This document shows, piece by piece, positions 61,500 to 64,000 of a stretch of DNA of 64,000 bases. The notes beneath the pieces were generated by a model. It was given only the letters and a program-made list of their open reading frames with translations, searched no databases and was not told the origin of the DNA. The translations under genes and the position numbers were made by a program. Source of the stretch: a virus; IMG/VR virus record IMGVR_UViG_3300050821_001265, positions 5,111 to 69,110 of that record. One strand, given 5' to 3'. Position 1 is the stretch's first letter, and every line of letters starts with the position of its first letter.

Positions 61500-63533
61500 C
61501 TATCTTGGCTGTAACCACCCTCCGCGCTCACCGCGAAGCGATGTCTGTCTGCCGCCTAGCCATCCACGCCTCGTTTGAGGTTGATGAGGGTTGGTGCCTT
61601 CTGATTGCGGCGAAGTAGCGGGAGGAGGAGACGCTGGTGGCGCTGCCACCCGTTCTCCTCCTAACGGTATCTTCTGAACATTGAGTAGATGTCCAGCGGC
61701 TTCATTCATCGCCTCGCAATCGAGATAGTGATTGCGCTTTCCGACTTGAATCCAATCGGCGCGTCCGGACGGCGCGACCTGGCGGGTCTCACTTACTAAT
61801 TGACGACAGTAATCCTCAGTAGCGTCTGCCGATAGCCAGAAGCCTCCGGGTTGATCCTCCGGCCACGCAAGGCGTTCGTGAAGACGTTGCTTCCAGAAAT
61901 CAGTATCGAGCCGAACTAATTCAAGGTTCCATTCGGACTTCTGTCCCGGTAAAGTTACGTGAGTCTTGCCACGCATGATCGGTGCGCTTAGTGAGGCCCA
62001 GCCTTTTGCTGGTCTCACAAAGCGGCGGAAGCGGCGACAAAACTCATACGTGACATTGTCGGAACCGGAGTTAGGTTTATTAGGACGGAAGCCCGTATCA
62101 ATTAACGCAAGCATAATGTGAAGATCACCATATGCTTGCGTTAGAGTTTCCGCGAGGTCATTCCATATCTCAGGTTGATCGGTGTAGCCCGCGAGTTCGC
62201 CCGACTCAATTTGCCAAGACGTAGCTCGCGCGCCCCAGCCTCTGATCGAATAGTAGAAGCCGTTGCCTTGAACGTCCACTGCGGCTGAGAGCCTGATGAC
62301 TCCATCAGGCACTTCGCCATAACGGTGTGTCAGACGACGTTGTGCTACTCGATGCCAGTCCTTAAGGTCCGCGCCTCCCGGCGTATACAACTCGCCGAAG
62401 CCGGCATTCACGGCCGTCTGTACCATCGCCGGATCAGCCATCTCCACCGCTTGGAGATAGGACTTGACGCGGTCTCCGAAAGATACGAACGGGGAGGCGA
62501 GACCTGAAACCCAATAGGAGAGAGTGTCTGTGGTGGTCGGATCGCCTATGATCTGACCACCTTCGATGCGTTGCCCTGGCGCAACAAATAGACCGCTTGC
62601 GTTCATATATGACTTATGATCGTCGTCAATAATTCCGCCGCAGCCGGGACAGATGAGGTGGACCGTTTGGGCCGCCTCAATTGGTTGGAGAGCTTTGTCC
62701 CAATGCAGGAGGCTGAATCTTGGAATAAAATAATCAGCACAGTGAGGGCAAGGCCATGACCAATGATGTCTTGAGCCTTGCTGCCAGAGCCGCCAGATAG
62801 GCGACTCATAGATGTCCTCAGCAGGAGCGTCCGCCCAGAAGTAGAGACCGCTGTGTTTATCCTGGATCGTGGCCTCCACTATCCCCTTTCGGGGAGTGGA
62901 GGTGACCGCGCAGCAGAAGTCCGCATAAGTATCGCCGCGCCGCTCGACTAGTCCGAGTGGATCGCCCTGACCCTTGACGTTCGCGAGCATCTCGTCATAC
63001 TCGTCCACGAGCGCAAGCGCGGCAGGGTCAGACTTTAGCGCGGAGGAGGAGCCAGCATGAGCGAGACGAAACGGAACGCCGCCGATGATCTTGCGGGTCT
63101 TCGTCATCCGCTTCCCGCGCGCCACCTTATCTGCGAGTGACGGCGCTTCGTCCAGTAACAGCATTATGCGCGGTTCAAACTGTTCCGTCAGGAACTGCTT
63201 GGTAGGACCCACGTATAAGATCGGCGCTGGCTTCTGAGCTAGGCGCCAGCCGACGACATCAAGTAGCAGATCGGTCTTACCCGCCTGAGCCGCTGTTACA
63301 ACCACAATTCGTTTGGTCGTTGCTGCCGCGATCGCGCGCTCTATCTCGATGACGTAAGGCGTTAGATGCGGATCGCGCGGACCCGGAACCGCAGCGGTCC
63401 TTGGATATGTTCTGTTACGCGCCGCCCACTCGTCAGGATGGGACCGTGATGGGACGCGTAGGAGTTTCGCCAGTCTCTCTAAGAGCCGCTGCTCGCAACT
63501 CCAAACGGTTAGCTGCTCTGTTGAGGATGTCAT
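61500..63533 (-). CDS. terL: terminase large subunit (lambda gpA family)
   Basis: TPY, AQAGKT, VDEYD, STP, PCPHC, CPGCG, VDVQ and NHYLDC motifs. Confidence 0.95.
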   Translation of the reverse strand: MTSSTEQLTVWSCEQRLLERLAKLLRVPSRSHPDEWAARNRTYPRTAAVPGPRDPHLTPYVIEIERAIAAATTKRIVVVTAAQAGKTDLLLDVVGWRLAQKPAPILYVGPTKQFLTEQFEPRIMLLLDEAPSLADKVARGKRMTKTRKIIGGVPFRLAHAGSSSALKSDPAALALVDEYDEMLANVKGQGDPLGLVERRGDTYADFCCAVTSTPRKGIVEATIQDKHSGLYFWADAPAEDIYESPIWRLWQQGSRHHWSWPCPHCADYFIPRFSLLHWDKALQPIEAAQTVHLICPGCGGIIDDDHKSYMNASGLFVAPGQRIEGGQIIGDPTTTDTLSYWVSGLASPFVSFGDRVKSYLQAVEMADPAMVQTAVNAGFGELYTPGGADLKDWHRVAQRRLTHRYGEVPDGVIRLSAAVDVQGNGFYYSIRGWGARATSWQIESGELAGYTDQPEIWNDLAETLTQAYGDLHIMLALIDTGFRPNKPNSGSDNVTYEFCRRFRRFVRPAKGWASLSAPIMRGKTHVTLPGQKSEWNLELVRLDTDFWKQRLHERLAWPEDQPGGFWLSADATEDYCRQLVSETRQVAPSGRADWIQVGKRNHYLDCEAMNEAAGHLLNVQKIPLGGERVAAPPASPPPATSPQSEGTNPHQPQTRRGWLGGRQTSLRGERGGWLQPR

Positions 63534-63939
63534 CCAGACGGTGCTCTATCTCATCGCGAAGTTTAAGATCACGCGAAATCATCGCGGGTAATCCGCTCAA
63601 CTCCGCTCGCAGATTACCGAATACGTCATCGACAAGCGCATAACTCTCCTCGATATCAACGACGATGTGCGCGCGCTCCGCAATTCGCAACTCGATCTCC
63701 TTTACGCGCGCAGCTTGGACGCGGGATTGGACGGCGGACTTAGACGTTTGGCGCCCTTCGTCGCGGAGATACTTCATAACGCCTTTGATCGTCTCAACGA
63801 GCGGCCAGGTATTCGGAGCGAGCGGCTTTATCCAACCAGCATCCGCTATGCGATCAAATTGCGAGCGGCTGTAATCGAGTAGCTTATGCATCGTCGCAGT
63901 GTTAACTGTCGCCGTCATCACCGCTTCGTTAGCAGACAT
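63433..63939 (-). CDS. terS: terminase small subunit (Nu1-like)
   Basis: N-terminal wHTH-like segment and coiled coil (AR..EIEL...E), then LP..I; directly upstream of terL. Confidence 0.8.
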   Translation of the reverse strand: MSANEAVMTATVNTATMHKLLDYSRSQFDRIADAGWIKPLAPNTWPLVETIKGVMKYLRDEGRQTSKSAVQSRVQAARVKEIELRIAERAHIVVDIEESYALVDDVFGNLRAELSGLPAMISRDLKLRDEIEHRLDDILNRAANRLELRAAALRETGETPTRPITVPS

Positions 63940-64000
63940 TTATTCGTTCCCAGGGATTTTGAATTTCCTGAATATTTTTATGGCTTGGGCCGCGGCGTTG

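Noticed and set aside
29600-63900. Numerous + strand ORFs over the structural operon, and - strand ORFs over the left arm
   Set aside because: Shadow frames of well-supported opposite-strand genes, with no motifs or RBS.

Overview
The window is most of a tailed dsDNA phage genome, probably lytic (no integrase or clear lysogeny module in the window). The host is probably an alphaproteobacterium, judging by an RHH_4 regulator and the style of the accessory genes. The + strand (1-29.3 kb) carries a Pbunavirus/PB1-like replication and nucleotide-metabolism module: SSB-like protein, FAD oxidoreductase, MazG, divergent ThyX, HAD phosphatase, GT-A glycosyltransferase, NMAD1/DUF6378-like protein, DnaQ, DnaE and a PD-(D/E)XK nuclease. 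A ~700-nt structured non-coding leader with boxA follows, then a long early/accessory region (Imm, HNH, DUF2786, secreted zincin, DUF932, SNF2 helicase). The - strand (29.3-64 kb) carries a lambda-like terminase and portal, a ClpP-major capsid fusion, a Mu-like contractile tail and baseplate, duplicated tail fibres, fibre-like proteins with signal peptides, and lysis genes. Three observations stand out. (1) At least 12 early genes share the start region GGAG-N(1-5)-GCAAATG, and several intergenic structured RNAs show loop sequences exactly antisense to it, suggesting a phage-encoded multi-target antisense translational regulon. (2) There is a likely uncharacterised DNA base-modification pathway. 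(3) Two virion-fibre-like proteins carry Sec-type signal peptides. All RNA structures were derived by eye, and all family assignments come from motif recognition rather than database searches.
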